Below are positions 19,788 to 30,580 of a DNA stretch of 64,000 nt, piece after piece (positions within the stretch are counted from its first letter, which is position 1; the number at the start of each line of letters is the position of its first letter). The DNA lies in IMG/VR virus record IMGVR_UViG_3300032291_003679, positions 1-64,000 of that record. One strand, written 5' to 3'. Both the position numbers and the translations under genes were made by a program. The DNA comes from a virus. Below the pieces are notes generated by a model. The model was not told the DNA's origin and did no database searches. It was given only the letters and a program-made list of their open reading frames with translations.

Positions 19788-20528
19788 TCAGACAGACGAA
19801 ATGAATGTGCGTGGCGTTCTCCCTTCTTTATCGCAACGGCGAACATAGGCGAGGTGCTTCTTGTATTCGTTCATGCACAAAGACATGTCGGTATCGCATT
19901 GGTCTAAAAGGTGGTGGTTCCACTCGGAGTGTGCTTCCCACCATTCTTCCATTGCGTCATCGGGGGCGTCCTCTGCCTCTGCTTTTTCACAGAGTTTGCT
20001 CAACTCGGGGGTGAGATGTTGGGGGTCACGCTCGCCAGCCTCAATGATGATTCCATTATGAAACACTGACCAACAGATGAACGCCATTGACTCTTCATCA
20101 GAGCAGGTTCCAAAAATAAGATTTGGATAAAGAGTAGAAATCTTTTGGATTAGTCCGTCGGCAGGCGACCATGCAGATTCGTAACGCACAGAAATCGTGT
20201 TTTTTACAGGGGTTGTGTCGTCAATCTCGGGTCGGCATGCACCCCACTTACTTCCCCAAGTTTCGCAAGCGTCTAAGTACCCATCAAATCCATCACTTGC
20301 GCTAGTGAACGCAGTGAATGTAGTTTCTACTCCATCAGCGTTAGTCGTCTTGATTTCCTTTGACCCTCGTGGGTCTAGTGGTACGAGTTTATTCAGGTCG
20401 TACTCAACGGTAACTCGTGATTTATCTCCCTCAACTTTGACATCGGCAACTGTAATGTCTTTGACGAACTTGGCGAGTTCTCGCTTATTCCCCATGACGG
20501 TCATGTATGTGTAACACCAGTTAGGCAT
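19788..20528 (-). CDS. DUF1281/YubB-like protein
   Basis: MPNWC..WGSKW..ESAWSP motifs; GAAAGG RBS. Confidence 0.75.
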   Translation of the reverse strand: MPNWCYTYMTVMGNKRELAKFVKDITVADVKVEGDKSRVTVEYDLNKLVPLDPRGSKEIKTTNADGVETTFTAFTSASDGFDGYLDACETWGSKWGACRPEIDDTTPVKNTISVRYESAWSPADGLIQKISTLYPNLIFGTCSDEESMAFICWSVFHNGIIIEAGERDPQHLTPELSKLCEKAEAEDAPDDAMEEWWEAHSEWNHHLLDQCDTDMSLCMNEYKKHLAYVRRCDKEGRTPRTFISSV

Positions 20529-20811
20529 TTGATTTTCCTTTCGGTTTGGTAGATACACAGAGCGTACCACCCTCGGGACAAACTTCCCCGAGTTACCTAC
20601 ACCTCTCTTCCACCACCGTCAAAGGGTTTAGTGGGGTGGGCTACCTGCTGCGCCCCCCGTCACGCGAGACCTCTTGCCCCCGACCCCGACTTGCCTGCCG
20701 AGCACCCCCAACTGCCTGCTCGTGCTGGAGCCCCGGCCGACTCGGAGCATGCGGGGCTTCTTGTCAAAGTATCCAATCGGATACTTTTTGTGCTGGAAAA
20801 GTTACCTACAC

Positions 20812-21114
20812 CTAATCGGCTGGGTCGGCAGAGAGCAGGGAAACAGCCCTGACCCTGTGACCGACTCTCTTGGAGTCGTGAATGAATGTCAGTAGGTTGC
20901 GTAGGCTGGGAATGTAGGTAAATGTCTCGTCCACAGACCAGCCGTAGTCGTCAAATAGGGCTTCACTCTCTGGCTCGGGAGCGAAGGAAATGGTAAAAGT
21001 GTCATCACTGGTGTTGCCCGACCAGCGCACAACTATTGACGCCCCAACCAGCAACTCATGTCCTAAACGGACACGGCGAAAGTATGAGATAAGGAGAGAG
21101 ATGTACAGGAACAC
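20812..21114 (-). CDS. hypothetical protein
   Basis: Start and stop both overlap 14-mer copies. Confidence 0.5.
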   Translation of the reverse strand: MFLYISLLISYFRRVRLGHELLVGASIVVRWSGNTSDDTFTISFAPEPESEALFDDYGWSVDETFTYIPSLRNLLTFIHDSKRVGHRVRAVSLLSADPAD

Positions 21115-21124
21115 TTACCTACAC

Positions 21125-21631
21125 CTATCTTTCCCACTCCTTGTAGACCTGCATTGCTGGCTTGTGTCTGTCCTCGGCAGAGAGTGACCCAACGAACTTG
21201 GTCAGTTCGCCAAGAATGATGAGATAGTCCACTTCCGTCAGACCATGCTCGTCCACTATCCATTTCACGATGTTGTCGTAATCGTCCCAAAGAATCTCCA
21301 TAGCCTGAACTGCTGTTGTCGCCAGCGTGTAGTGGTTCTCCCACAGTAAGTCTCGCACTTCTTCTCTCATGTCTGGACTGGTCATAGACTTACCTACACC
21401 TTCTTTGTTGCATTTACACATGTCGGCAACATCACACTGACACCAGTCTGCTGTCATGTCGCAGTAGAAACAATAGCGAGTATTCTCGTCTTTCTCGGGA
21501 ATCAGTCCACAAGTTGGACAGAGTGGGCGATACATGTCGTCAAGAATCTCGGAAAGTCGTTTCATTTCTCCCATTTCAGTCCTCACATTCACAGTCGTAC
21601 AAATCTTCTCCACATTCATCGCAGAGGTCAA
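21125..21631 (-). CDS. hypothetical protein (Cys-rich N half joined through GVGKS to a second domain); true start probably near 21574
   Basis: ORF track; internal 14-mer followed by ATG at 21385. Confidence 0.55.
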   Translation of the reverse strand: MTSAMNVEKICTTVNVRTEMGEMKRLSEILDDMYRPLCPTCGLIPEKDENTRYCFYCDMTADWCQCDVADMCKCNKEGVGKSMTSPDMREEVRDLLWENHYTLATTAVQAMEILWDDYDNIVKWIVDEHGLTEVDYLIILGELTKFVGSLSAEDRHKPAMQVYKEWER

Positions 21632-21881
21632 GTTCGTCTAGTTCTACATCGTCAATGTCCAAACCTTTATCATGGGCAAACCATGTCATAACGGTCAGAA
21701 GTAGTTTGTCGTAGTCGCCAGAAGTTGCTTCCTTGTGGAACTCGTCCCACTCGTGATGAATCTTGTTCTGCTTCATGATTCGGCTCACTCGTCCGAGAAT
21801 GGCAAACGCATTGCCGTCCTCTCCAACAAGTGGAATGTTGATGTTTGGATACTTCGGGTTGATTATGGTGTAGGTGCTCAT
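21576..21881 (-). CDS. conserved phage hypothetical protein
   Basis: LVGEDGNAFAILGRV..EATSGDYDKLL motif. Confidence 0.75.
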   Translation of the reverse strand: MSTYTIINPKYPNINIPLVGEDGNAFAILGRVSRIMKQNKIHHEWDEFHKEATSGDYDKLLLTVMTWFAHDKGLDIDDVELDELDLCDECGEDLYDCECED

Positions 21882-22093
21882 TGTGACTGTTCTCCTGTTT
21901 CGTCGTTGATAGCAAATGCGTCATGAATCTTTGCCCCAGCAAGTTCTGCTTCCTGACGGGCAAACTCCCATGCGAGTTTCTTTGCTTCTGCCATGCTCTT
22001 GGCTTCCACTGTTGTGGATTCGTGCCATTCAGCAAGCCCTTGTGGTTCCTGCTTGGTCAAGAAGACCATCAGTTCGTATGTTTGTGTTGCCAT
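21878..22093 (-). CDS. hypothetical protein
   Basis: GAAAGGG RBS; own promoter. Confidence 0.7.
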   Translation of the reverse strand: MATQTYELMVFLTKQEPQGLAEWHESTTVEAKSMAEAKKLAWEFARQEAELAGAKIHDAFAINDETGEQSQ

Positions 22094-22460
22094 GATTTCC
22101 CTTTCGCATTGGCTTCGCCATCACAGTACCACACAGGGGACAGACTTCCCAAAGCACAGAGTTACCTACACCCACACGGTCTTCCACCACCGTCATTGTG
22201 TTGAGAGATACCTGCTGCGCCCACCCGTTGTTTTTTCATTTTTTTGTTTTTTCAGTTTTTTCGGGTTACCTGCTGCGCACCCCCACGCGTTCCAGCGACT
22301 GCTTCCCGAGGAAGCCCCGGCCCGATTCGTGGTCCGATTCGTAGCGGGGCTCCTACTCCAAAGCCCGACTCGGGAGTCACTTATCTAGCCGTGACCCGAG
22401 AGTTACCTACACCTATCCCCCCTCGCCCAACCGAGACGAGAGAGAACAGGTGTAGGTAAG

Positions 22461-22802
22461 TCAGAGCGTGAACTGACCACCTCGTTGCTCGTAACGCTGA
22501 ACGGCTGTTCCGACATGCTCGCAGTAGTCGCCGTCTGCCAGCGACCAGCCCTCGGGACGGTCATACGCAGTCCACACGGCGAAAGGGTGGAGAGAGTTGT
22601 GGGGCAGGTGGCACAGAACGAGCCACCAAGCGTAAGCGTCCACATCGCTGGAACGAACCAGCCAGCAAGCGAGAACGGTCACGGCATGCTCCATGCTCGT
22701 GGGCGTGATGACTTCGCCAGCACGGAGCATGCGCATGGGGTATGTGTCTGTCGGGGACTTACCTACACCTTCCACGGTCACTTCCCCTCTCCGTTGAGCC
22801 AT
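22461..22802 (-). CDS. hypothetical protein (true start probably near 22781)
   Basis: ORF track; contains GVGKS. Confidence 0.5.
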   Translation of the reverse strand: MAQRRGEVTVEGVGKSPTDTYPMRMLRAGEVITPTSMEHAVTVLACWLVRSSDVDAYAWWLVLCHLPHNSLHPFAVWTAYDRPEGWSLADGDYCEHVGTAVQRYEQRGGQFTL

Positions 22803-23227
22803 GCGTCAAACTGCTCGTCTGTCAAGGTTGTGACCTTTGGAGAGAGGTCAATGTCTGCGATAGTCGCTTTGACTAGTTCGCTTACTTCCTCATTAGCGAG
22901 GAACGCATGAGCCACTTCTACGAAACGGTCAGAGATGTACTGCTCGGGAACATCGTGGTTCTCTCCGTCGTACTCGCCTTCTTGGCTTAGTGCGCCAAGA
23001 ACGACCACATCGCCAACGAGAGGACGACCAAACAGAACGCTTGCGATGATGTTGGGAGCAAGTCCGATGAGCAGACCTTCGTCGTTCACATAGCCAACGA
23101 TGTCATCGTTGCGAACGCAGTCAATCCAGCCACCACATAGTTCATTGAGAACAAGATGACCTTCCTCGCTCGGAATGTCTGTTTGGTAGAGGTCGCCCTC
23201 TGCCGTGATTACTAGTGCATTTGCCAT
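22778..23227 (-). CDS. DUF3846-like protein
   Basis: GGWIDCV..YVNDEGLL..PN..LVGDVVVLG. Confidence 0.8.
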   Translation of the reverse strand: MANALVITAEGDLYQTDIPSEEGHLVLNELCGGWIDCVRNDDIVGYVNDEGLLIGLAPNIIASVLFGRPLVGDVVVLGALSQEGEYDGENHDVPEQYISDRFVEVAHAFLANEEVSELVKATIADIDLSPKVTTLTDEQFDAWLNGEGK

Positions 23228-23558
23228 TGCTAACCCCTTTCAGGTTGTGTATTGGTGGCGACCACAGCGTACCACTAGTGGTTCAGACTTCCACCCGAGA
23301 CTTACCTACACCTGTTGCGCAGGCTTGCGAAACCTACCTGCCGAGCACACCCGTGTTCTCTCCTCCCCCCTGCTGGGGGTGGGAGCCCCGTCTGTGGTCG
23401 GGCATCGGGCGGGGCTTCTGCCCCCAACCCTCGCCCCTCGGTGGAGTTACCTACACCTAACCCAACGCCTGAACCCCCTTGCGCCTCTCGGACACTCGGG
23501 GGCTGATAGGTGTAGGTAAGTGGGGGAGACTTACCTACACCCTTTCAGGCTCGGTTGG

Positions 23559-23960
23559 TCAGACTGCTTCTGACTTGGCAGTGGGCTTGACTGCGCCCTT
23601 CGCAGGGCGTACCAGCACTCGTACTGACGAGGTGACGGACACGACTGCTTTGATGACTTTCGCAGACACTTTGCCTTCCTTCACAGCCCTGTCCCACGCA
23701 GAGGTGTCCACAGAGGGCTTGGTGACGGTACGGAACAGAGGTGCGCTGATGAGGTCACGCAACTTGTCGGTGTCAAATGAACGACGGTCACTTGGGCTGA
23801 CCTTGATGTTGAGTTCTGCGTAATCCAGCGTTTCTACGCCGTGCTTCGCATAGACATTCAGCAAGAGTTCACGAGCCTCGTCGTGAGCCTGCTCTGCTTG
23901 TTCTCGGGCAGTGAGAGCGTTTAGAAACGCCTCGGTTGCTTCCAATACTTCCTTGTTCAT
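23559..23960 (-). CDS. hypothetical protein (coiled-coil N-terminus)
   Basis: GAAAGGG RBS; own promoter. Confidence 0.7.
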   Translation of the reverse strand: MNKEVLEATEAFLNALTAREQAEQAHDEARELLLNVYAKHGVETLDYAELNIKVSPSDRRSFDTDKLRDLISAPLFRTVTKPSVDTSAWDRAVKEGKVSAKVIKAVVSVTSSVRVLVRPAKGAVKPTAKSEAV

Positions 23961-24524
23961 TTGGACACCCTTTCAGTGGTAGATGAACGCCACACGCCGT
24001 GTTGCTTGTGGCTTGCCACAAGCATACACCCCCTCGGTCAGACTTTCCAACTTCGCTTGACGGACTTACCTACACCTAATCCGAGTTCCCCTTCCAGCCA
24101 GCACCTCTCGGATAGATTTACCTGCTATGCCCACCCGTGTTGCGCCCCCTTCCCTTTGGTCGGGTGGAGCCCCGCAGGTTTGTGGTCTAGGCCGGGGCTC
24201 CTGCCCCACAAGTGGTTCGGCAACACAGTCGGGGAAGCACGGCAGGTAATGGAGATTTATGTGTGGGATTACACGGGTCGGCTTGCTCGGATACGGCAAC
24301 TGACTGATGAGGCAAACAGGCTGACTGCTCTTGTTCGTGAAGCGAACGACAACACTCGTGCGAGCCTTCGCAGGGGGGAGTTCAGAGTTACCTACACCAC
24401 CTCTGCCGACCCTCTGCCTGAATAGGTGTAGGTAAGTCCAAGGACAAGAGAAAGGGGCTGACTCGCCTTCTTGGCAAGCCAGCCCCTCTCGGGTGAAGTC
24501 CCCTGTTGAGGTAGGGAAAGGGGA

Positions 24525-24968
24525 TTAGAGGTACTTCACCACGCTGTGATAAGTGCTTGTGGACACAACCTCTTGGTCGCTCATCTCCAACACTCGGATA
24601 GCGTTCTCCAACGCTTCCTTGTCGTTCTTGTATTCCCATTCACGGTATGTCTCAGGGCTTTCAGGCTGTTGTGCGAGCAGAGCCTTCGGAAGGGACACGG
24701 TGAGTTCTACGACTTCGTGAGTGTCGGGAACGGTGTTTCGGTGATAACCGACAATGGTGACATTGACAGGCTTCGCTTTGCCGTTCTTGACAGAAGCGAT
24801 TACTGCCTTCTCAAAGTCTGCTTTCCACTTGTCGTAAGCCTTCTTGTGGTCGGCTTCTTTCTTGTCGTTGTTGGCGAAGCGTTCCTCACGCTCTGCCAAT
24901 GCTTTACGCAAGGCTGTAAGCAGAACGCTCACTTTCACCTTGACGCTGATGTTGCTGTTTCGTGCCAT
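24525..24968 (-). CDS. hypothetical protein
   Basis: Start MARNSN after GAAAGGG; own promoter. Confidence 0.7.
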   Translation of the reverse strand: MARNSNISVKVKVSVLLTALRKALAEREERFANNDKKEADHKKAYDKWKADFEKAVIASVKNGKAKPVNVTIVGYHRNTVPDTHEVVELTVSLPKALLAQQPESPETYREWEYKNDKEALENAIRVLEMSDQEVVSTSTYHSVVKYL

Positions 24969-25056
24969 TGGTTTCCCTTTCGGTTGGAGTTGTAGGCACA
25001 CGAACAGTACCACTCGTGGTTCAGACTTCCGAGAGTTACCTACACCTAGATAGTAA

Positions 25057-25090
25057 GAAGCCCCCGTCAGGGGGGACTGACAGGGGCTTC
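25057..25090 (-). terminator. hairpin downstream of 25117-25587
   Basis: GAAGCCCC(C)GTCAG..CTGAC(A)GGGGCTTC stem. Confidence 0.5.
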
Positions 25091-25116
25091 CGACTTGGGG
25101 GAACTAGGACTGTGCG

Positions 25117-25587
25117 CTAGTTGCTCTTGGTTGCGCCTGACTGTACGAACTGCTGGATTGCGTTAGCGAGTGAACCACTTGCGCTACCTTCGTCAGTAAT
25201 CACATTATTTGGCTCGTCAGCGAAACGCAAGACGCTGGCAACGCTTTGACGGTTGGCGATACAGGCAAGACGAACACGCCTGCGCTGTGGGTGCTGTGAA
25301 GGTGCGCCTTCCACTTCGCCATTCTCACCAAGTGGGGAAGCCCAACCTGTCGTGACGATAAGTGTCCAAGCGTATGCGCTTGCTACCAATGCGTTGTAGT
25401 CATTGTCAAGCAGGTCATACACATCAGTATGAGACTCAATGAACACAAGTTTCGGTGCGCCTTCGGGGGTGTAATCCACGCCGTAAAGGTATGCGCCTTC
25501 TAAGGCGAACGGATTAGACTCGTCACCCTTTGAGAGTAGAGAATGTATCTCTGCCTCTATCTGTTCTGCTATTGCTACTGTGTCCAT
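25117..25587 (-). CDS. hypothetical protein
   Basis: GAAAGGG RBS; own promoter. Confidence 0.7.
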   Translation of the reverse strand: MDTVAIAEQIEAEIHSLLSKGDESNPFALEGAYLYGVDYTPEGAPKLVFIESHTDVYDLLDNDYNALVASAYAWTLIVTTGWASPLGENGEVEGAPSQHPQRRRVRLACIANRQSVASVLRFADEPNNVITDEGSASGSLANAIQQFVQSGATKSN

Positions 25588-25953
25588 TGGATACCCTTTC
25601 GGTTGGTTGTTAGTGGAACACCGTCAGCGTACCACGCTTAGTACAAACTTCCCGACTTACCTACACCTGTCAGGTCGCTTTCCACCACCGTCATTCATTT
25701 GAGGGGGTGTGCTGTTCCTCTCAAACGCCCTGACCTGCCTGCCGTACCCACCCGTGTTCCCACCCCGATAGTTGCGCTCGCAACCATCTTGGGCGTGGGA
25801 GCCCCGGCCTTTCCGAGCGTAGCGGGGCTCCTGCCCCGAAACCAGCCGAGTAGTGAATAGGTCGGGGACTTACCTACACCTCACATGAAAGGGGGGTGTG
25901 AGGTGTAGGTATCCCGAACGCCTAGCCCTGTGGGGTGGTGGGGCTAGGCGAGG

Positions 25954-26244
25954 CTAGGGGCGAGGCGAGGCTACGGGCAGGTGAATGGTCTGCCATGTGT
26001 CTAGGGTCGTGCCGTACATGTCCACGAGCGTGTCAATAACGGCAGACACCTCACCCGAACAATGACGGTGAGCAATGTCCCAGAACGTGTCTCCACTTTC
26101 CACATTCACGGTGAGGGTGTCGCACGAGAATGTCGGGGGCTTGACCGTCTGACGCAGACCCCACAGACCGACCCACAGTAGAGCGATGATGAGAGGCGTG
26201 AACACCACGAAACGGCGCACGGTGTACTTACCTACACCTCTCAT
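25954..26244 (-). CDS. membrane-anchored LysM-domain protein
   Basis: TM followed by VESGDTFWDIAHRH..TIHLP. Confidence 0.75.
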   Translation of the reverse strand: MRGVGKYTVRRFVVFTPLIIALLWVGLWGLRQTVKPPTFSCDTLTVNVESGDTFWDIAHRHCSGEVSAVIDTLVDMYGTTLDTWQTIHLPVASPRP

Positions 26245-26690
26245 GCCGTTACCTCTTTGAGTGCGATGCTCTCCCATGGGAAAGCGTTGTGATAGACCGT
26301 GACATCGTGACCATTCTCGGCTCGGTCAATGCGCCGAACTTCCAGCATTGTGTCGTGAATAATGTAAAGCCATTCAGCCCACGCTAGGTCTGTGTCGTTC
26401 TGGGTGAACAGGTCGCTGTCCTCTAATGTCACATCGGTGTGGGCGTATCCGTAGCCCTCTACTAATGCGTGTTGTTCATAGAGGTTAGGAACTCCACTCT
26501 TTGTGAGTGGCTCAATCTGTGACCATGACGGCGTATCGGTGATGAGGGTCTGAACGACCTTACCTACACCATCTCGGGCTACTAGTTCTCCCAAGACATA
26601 AACCATGCGCTCGGGATAGTTGTCCCAATGGGTGTAGCGACCTTCCCACCCTTCGTTAGTTGCTCTCGCAACTATTCCTCGTGTTGCCAT
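26241..26690 (-). CDS. conserved phage hypothetical protein
   Basis: MATRGIV..YTHWDNYPE motif; own promoter. Confidence 0.75.
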   Translation of the reverse strand: MATRGIVARATNEGWEGRYTHWDNYPERMVYVLGELVARDGVGKVVQTLITDTPSWSQIEPLTKSGVPNLYEQHALVEGYGYAHTDVTLEDSDLFTQNDTDLAWAEWLYIIHDTMLEVRRIDRAENGHDVTVYHNAFPWESIALKEVTA

Positions 26691-27102
26691 TGTTGTCCCC
26701 TTTCGGTTGGTGATGTAGTGGACACCTGAACTGTACCACCACACGGACAGACTTCCGACCCGACCTACCTGCCGAACCCACCCGTGTTGAGCCCCTGCCC
26801 TGCTTGTCCGTAGGGAGCCCCGTTGCTTTGCCGATTCGTAGCGGGGCTCCCACCCCCAAGCCGACCCCTCGGTGAACGGGTTGGCTCGGCAGGTAGCTCA
26901 AACATTCTGCTATTCCCTTTGTTCCTGTTTGTGAGGAGAGAATAACGGAGTTGTCTGTGTCGCCTCTCGCCTCATTCTGTGTCGCCTCTCGCCTCATTAG
27001 GTGTAGGTAAGTCTCGGGGGCAGTCTGCTGACAACAACATACCTACACCCAATAGGTCATCCCATTAGGTGTAGGTAAGTCTCGGGGCAGGGGCAGAGAG
27101 GG

Positions 27103-27366
27103 TTAGTCTAGGCAGATACAGGTCGGGAACTCGGATGTATGACCGTTCAGGTAGCGCACATGGAGAATGGCACAGTTGCGAGTCTTTGCTAACCACAGTT
27201 GAGTGGTGTCATCCTCTGCACGAATGAACTCCGAGGTGGACTCGCTAAAGATACCCCAACCGTTGATAACGCCTTCGGGCGAGATAACGGTGACTTCGCC
27301 TACGCAATACCAAGGAGTAGGCGTAGCAGGAGTAGGGGCTGTAAGTGGTGTAAGTAACTCTGTCAT
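27103..27366 (-). CDS. hypothetical protein, leaderless
   Basis: ATG 6 nt after the -10 hexamer of the promoter at 27373. Confidence 0.6.
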   Translation of the reverse strand: MTELLTPLTAPTPATPTPWYCVGEVTVISPEGVINGWGIFSESTSEFIRAEDDTTQLWLAKTRNCAILHVRYLNGHTSEFPTCICLD

Positions 27367-27446
27367 GTCATTACCGTACCACGCTAGGTACAGACTTCCA
27401 AACAGAGTTACCTACACCCAATCGGACTTACCTACACCCAATCGGG

Positions 27447-27860
27447 CTAGCCGTAGATGAGCGTTCCGAATACGGCGAACTGAATAATCACATCGCCTGC
27501 CTCTGCGTCAATGTCAAGGTCGCAATCGCCATCGCTGTAGTAATCAAAGCCGATGTCCTGTTTCTGCGCAGAACACGCCGAGATGTATCCGTTGTAGATG
27601 TCCTGCACCGTGAGAACACGATGAACAAGGTCAGAGTCATCATCGCCATCAGGGTCAATGACTGCAACTTTCAGGAAAGGCTGGTCATCGCTGTCGGGAA
27701 TGTTGTTGTAATCCACGCCGACCCACCAATCGTATGACTCCCACACGGAGTCAATGATTGCCGAGATGAACTCCGTGCGCTCAATGAGCGTTTCAGGCTT
27801 CACGGTTGGATAGTTGCGCTCAACCAATGTGGTTGAGTCAAGTGGGGTGAGTTCGGACAT
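27447..27860 (-). CDS. conserved phage hypothetical protein
   Basis: DAEAGDVIIQFAVFGTLIYG C-terminus; GAAAGG RBS. Confidence 0.7.
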   Translation of the reverse strand: MSELTPLDSTTLVERNYPTVKPETLIERTEFISAIIDSVWESYDWWVGVDYNNIPDSDDQPFLKVAVIDPDGDDDSDLVHRVLTVQDIYNGYISACSAQKQDIGFDYYSDGDCDLDIDAEAGDVIIQFAVFGTLIYG

Positions 27861-28247
27861 TGTGTGCCTGCCTTTCGGTTGGTGGTTGCTGGCGACACCA
27901 ATGTACCACGACAGGGTCAGACTTCCCACTCGGACTTACCTACACCTGTTGGGGACAACCGAGCGAAGCGAGAGCGTCAGACACCCCCGACCTACCTGCC
28001 GAACTCCCCCGTGTTACGCCCACGAGGGGTTGGGCGTGGGAGCCCCGGTTGATTTGCGAAGTGCAACGGGGCTCCTCCCCCACGCAGGCTTTGCGCTGTG
28101 AACGGGTTGGCTCGGCAGGTAGCGCACAAGTTTATTATTTTGTTCGTTCCTTTTTGTGGGGGGCAATACGACTCGCCTACACCCAACAGGTCTCCCCGTT
28201 AGGTGTAGGTAAGTCAGAGCGCAAGTTGTCGGGAGAGTTACCTACAC

Positions 28248-28649
28248 CTATTCGTCATCGGACTCAATGACTGGAACAACAACGCTTGCACTGCCCGTAG
28301 GTGCGTCATGGTGCGACAGAGAGAACTCAATGCGTTCCGTGCCGAACACTTGGTAACGGAGAGTCCATGCTGAGTTCACGGTGATTCCCTGAACGAAGTC
28401 ACGGACATTGTTGGCAGTGAACACGCCACCAACCTCACGATTCCACAGACGGATTCCTGAAACTCGGAAAGTATCGGACTCAGCGAGAAAGTACTGAATG
28501 GAGTTCTCAAAGAATCCCAAGTCCGTTTCGTAACAGTCTCCGAAACACTCAGGCGATTCCACGAACTCATGCGTTTCCTCATCGGCAATAAGACAGGTGC
28601 AGGTGTTGGTGAGTTCACCCCATGCAGTTGGAGTTTCGGTAATGGTCAT
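28248..28649 (-). CDS. hypothetical protein
   Basis: Start MTITET after GAAAGGA; SHHDAPTG motif. Confidence 0.7.
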   Translation of the reverse strand: MTITETPTAWGELTNTCTCLIADEETHEFVESPECFGDCYETDLGFFENSIQYFLAESDTFRVSGIRLWNREVGGVFTANNVRDFVQGITVNSAWTLRYQVFGTERIEFSLSHHDAPTGSASVVVPVIESDDE

Positions 28650-28903
28650 GTCCGTTCCTTTCGGTTGGTGGTAAGGGACAGCCACAGAGTACCACGCACG
28701 GGACAGCCTTCCCGACTTACCTGCCGTGTTCCCCCGTGTTGCGCCCCCCTCTCTTGCGAGTGGGAGCCCCGTTGCTTGCCCGAGCATGGCCGGGGCTCCT
28801 GCCCCCAAGACGACCCTCGGCAAACGGGTGAGCGCAGCAGGTAGGTGAGAAACTTTCTTTTTTTTGTTTGACATTCTCACACGCAACGACACTTCTACTA
28901 AGT

Positions 28904-29209
28904 ATGACTACCTATGGTTCACACACACCCCTTCCATACACGACCAAGCCACGCCACGAGTGGACACAGCGAGACTTCTTTGATTACGAGGTGGACTCGT
29001 ATTGCCGTTGCGCTACTCGTATTCGTTATCGCTCTCGTGAGTGGCACGAGTTCACGGAACGCTTCCTGCCGTATTGCGAGGATTGGAACGGTTGTTGGGT
29101 TGCAGAGGAAGCGTGGCACGAGTTCACGCTCTATCTCACTCTCCCTGAGGGCGAGTATGTGCCTGAGGAATACCCTAAGGGCTGGCACTTCCGTAGGGGT
29201 TACGACTAA
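28904..29209 (+). CDS. hypothetical aromatic-rich protein
   Basis: ORF ends next to a reverse-orientation 14-mer. Confidence 0.55.
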   Translation: MTTYGSHTPLPYTTKPRHEWTQRDFFDYEVDSYCRCATRIRYRSREWHEFTERFLPYCEDWNGCWVAEEAWHEFTLYLTLPEGEYVPEEYPKGWHFRRGYD

Positions 29210-29285
29210 CAGGTGTAGGTAACATTCGCAATACGCCACTTACCTACACCCATTCGCAACGGAATAGGTGTAGGTAAGTCGGGGG

Positions 29286-29594
29286 TTATTCGGACTCGCA
29301 ACGCCCACACAAGTAGTCAGCACCCCAAGCGTCACCAATGTAAGTGCCGTGCTTGCAGTAGAGACTCGCTTGGTATTCAGCCTCTCGTGCTTCACGAGCC
29401 TCGTAACGCTCGTAGTAAGCGTCATAGTGCTTCTCACAGCGTGGGAACACAACGAACGCACCTGAACGGCGATAACGCACAGGCAGAGTCATGTGATACT
29501 CCACAACGCCCTCACAAGGGCTGTCCTCGTGGTGGTGGTCTAAGCAGTCCTCGTGCGTGAGTTCTACTGTTTCTTCTTCGTGGTCAATGCTCAT
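29286..29594 (-). CDS. Cys/His-rich hypothetical protein
   Basis: ATGA coupling; 14-mer before the ATG. Confidence 0.65.
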   Translation of the reverse strand: MSIDHEEETVELTHEDCLDHHHEDSPCEGVVEYHMTLPVRYRRSGAFVVFPRCEKHYDAYYERYEAREAREAEYQASLYCKHGTYIGDAWGADYLCGRCESE

Positions 29595-29791
29595 GAGTTA
29601 CCTACACTCTTTCTTAGTTGTTCAGCGTTGTATTTACGGTCACGCTCAATGCCATTCAGCACGGCGAGTATTTGCTTCTCGGATAGAACGCCTTTGCGCT
29701 CAAACTGAAACAGCAGGTTGGCGTAGAACTTGTTGCGAGTGCGATTAGCGCACAAGTAGTCATACGCTCTGTCAAGGTCAGTCAGTCTCAT
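29591..29791 (-). CDS. small hypothetical protein
   Basis: FYANLL..KGVLSEKQ motif shared with 40912-41418. Confidence 0.65.
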   Translation of the reverse strand: MRLTDLDRAYDYLCANRTRNKFYANLLFQFERKGVLSEKQILAVLNGIERDRKYNAEQLRKSVGNS

Positions 29792-29982
29792 TGTCCTGCC
29801 TCATTGGCAAGTTTTTCGGCGTATCTAATCGCCTTGTCACGGTAAAAGAATGCAACTGTGCTTTGTTGTATGTACGGTTTTTTCTCTTGCATAAGAAACT
29901 TGCCGTTGTGCTGTATGTGGTAAGTCAGTCTCATTGGACAATACAAGACTGAATAGTTACCTGCTGTGTGGATTGTTTCCAT
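29788..29982 (-). CDS. small hypothetical protein
   Basis: GAAAGGGG RBS; own promoter. Confidence 0.65.
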   Translation of the reverse strand: METIHTAGNYSVLYCPMRLTYHIQHNGKFLMQEKKPYIQQSTVAFFYRDKAIRYAEKLANEAGQ

Positions 29983-30337
29983 GTGTTTCCCCTTTCAGTT
30001 GGAACGCCCTAACTGTACCACGCACGGTTCAGGCTTCCGATAGTTACCTACACCTCTTGGGGACAAACGAGCAAAGCGAGTGCGTCAGTCTCACAGGACT
30101 GAGTCACCTGCCGACCCGACCCGTCACGCCCCCCTCTTGGGGCTACCTGCCGAACCCACCCGTGTTGCTCTCTTGGGGGTTGGGGGTGGAGCCCCGGCGT
30201 GAGCGCACAGCGCGGGGCTCTTGCCCCAAAGTCGCAGAGCCGAGAACGGGGCAGAACGGCAGGTAGGTCGGAATGTCCGATTACCCGACTTAGGCAACCT
30301 CTATACAGATGAGAGCGAAAGAGCGAAAGAAACACAG

Positions 30338-30580
30338 ATGACAAACTCGGACAGATACGACAACTCACTAAGCGTTTCCAGAGTCCTTTACGACGAACTC
30401 CGTGACGGTTTCGTGTGCGCCTTCTGCCTAGACGACTTCACCTTCTCGCAACTCCACGCGACCTTCGGTGGAGACATTCTCCCAATGCCAATACAACTCA
30501 CCAGCAAGACAGCGAGAGCGTTGGCAAGCGAGCCGTGCCTTATTTGCGACTTGTCGTGTTCACGGTTCTTAGACGACTAG
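30338..30580 (+). CDS. small Cys-containing hypothetical protein
   Basis: CxxC..CxxC; ends at a 14-mer doublet. Confidence 0.45.
   Translation: MTNSDRYDNSLSVSRVLYDELRDGFVCAFCLDDFTFSQLHATFGGDILPMPIQLTSKTARALASEPCLICDLSCSRFLDD

Larger units (their letters stand above)
10230..25695 (-). repeat. dispersed 16-mer TTGACGGTGGTGGAAG, 9 copies, all in one orientation
   Basis: Copies near 10231, 10539, 11969, 12657, 13969, 18097, 20607, 22181 and 25679. Confidence 0.85.
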
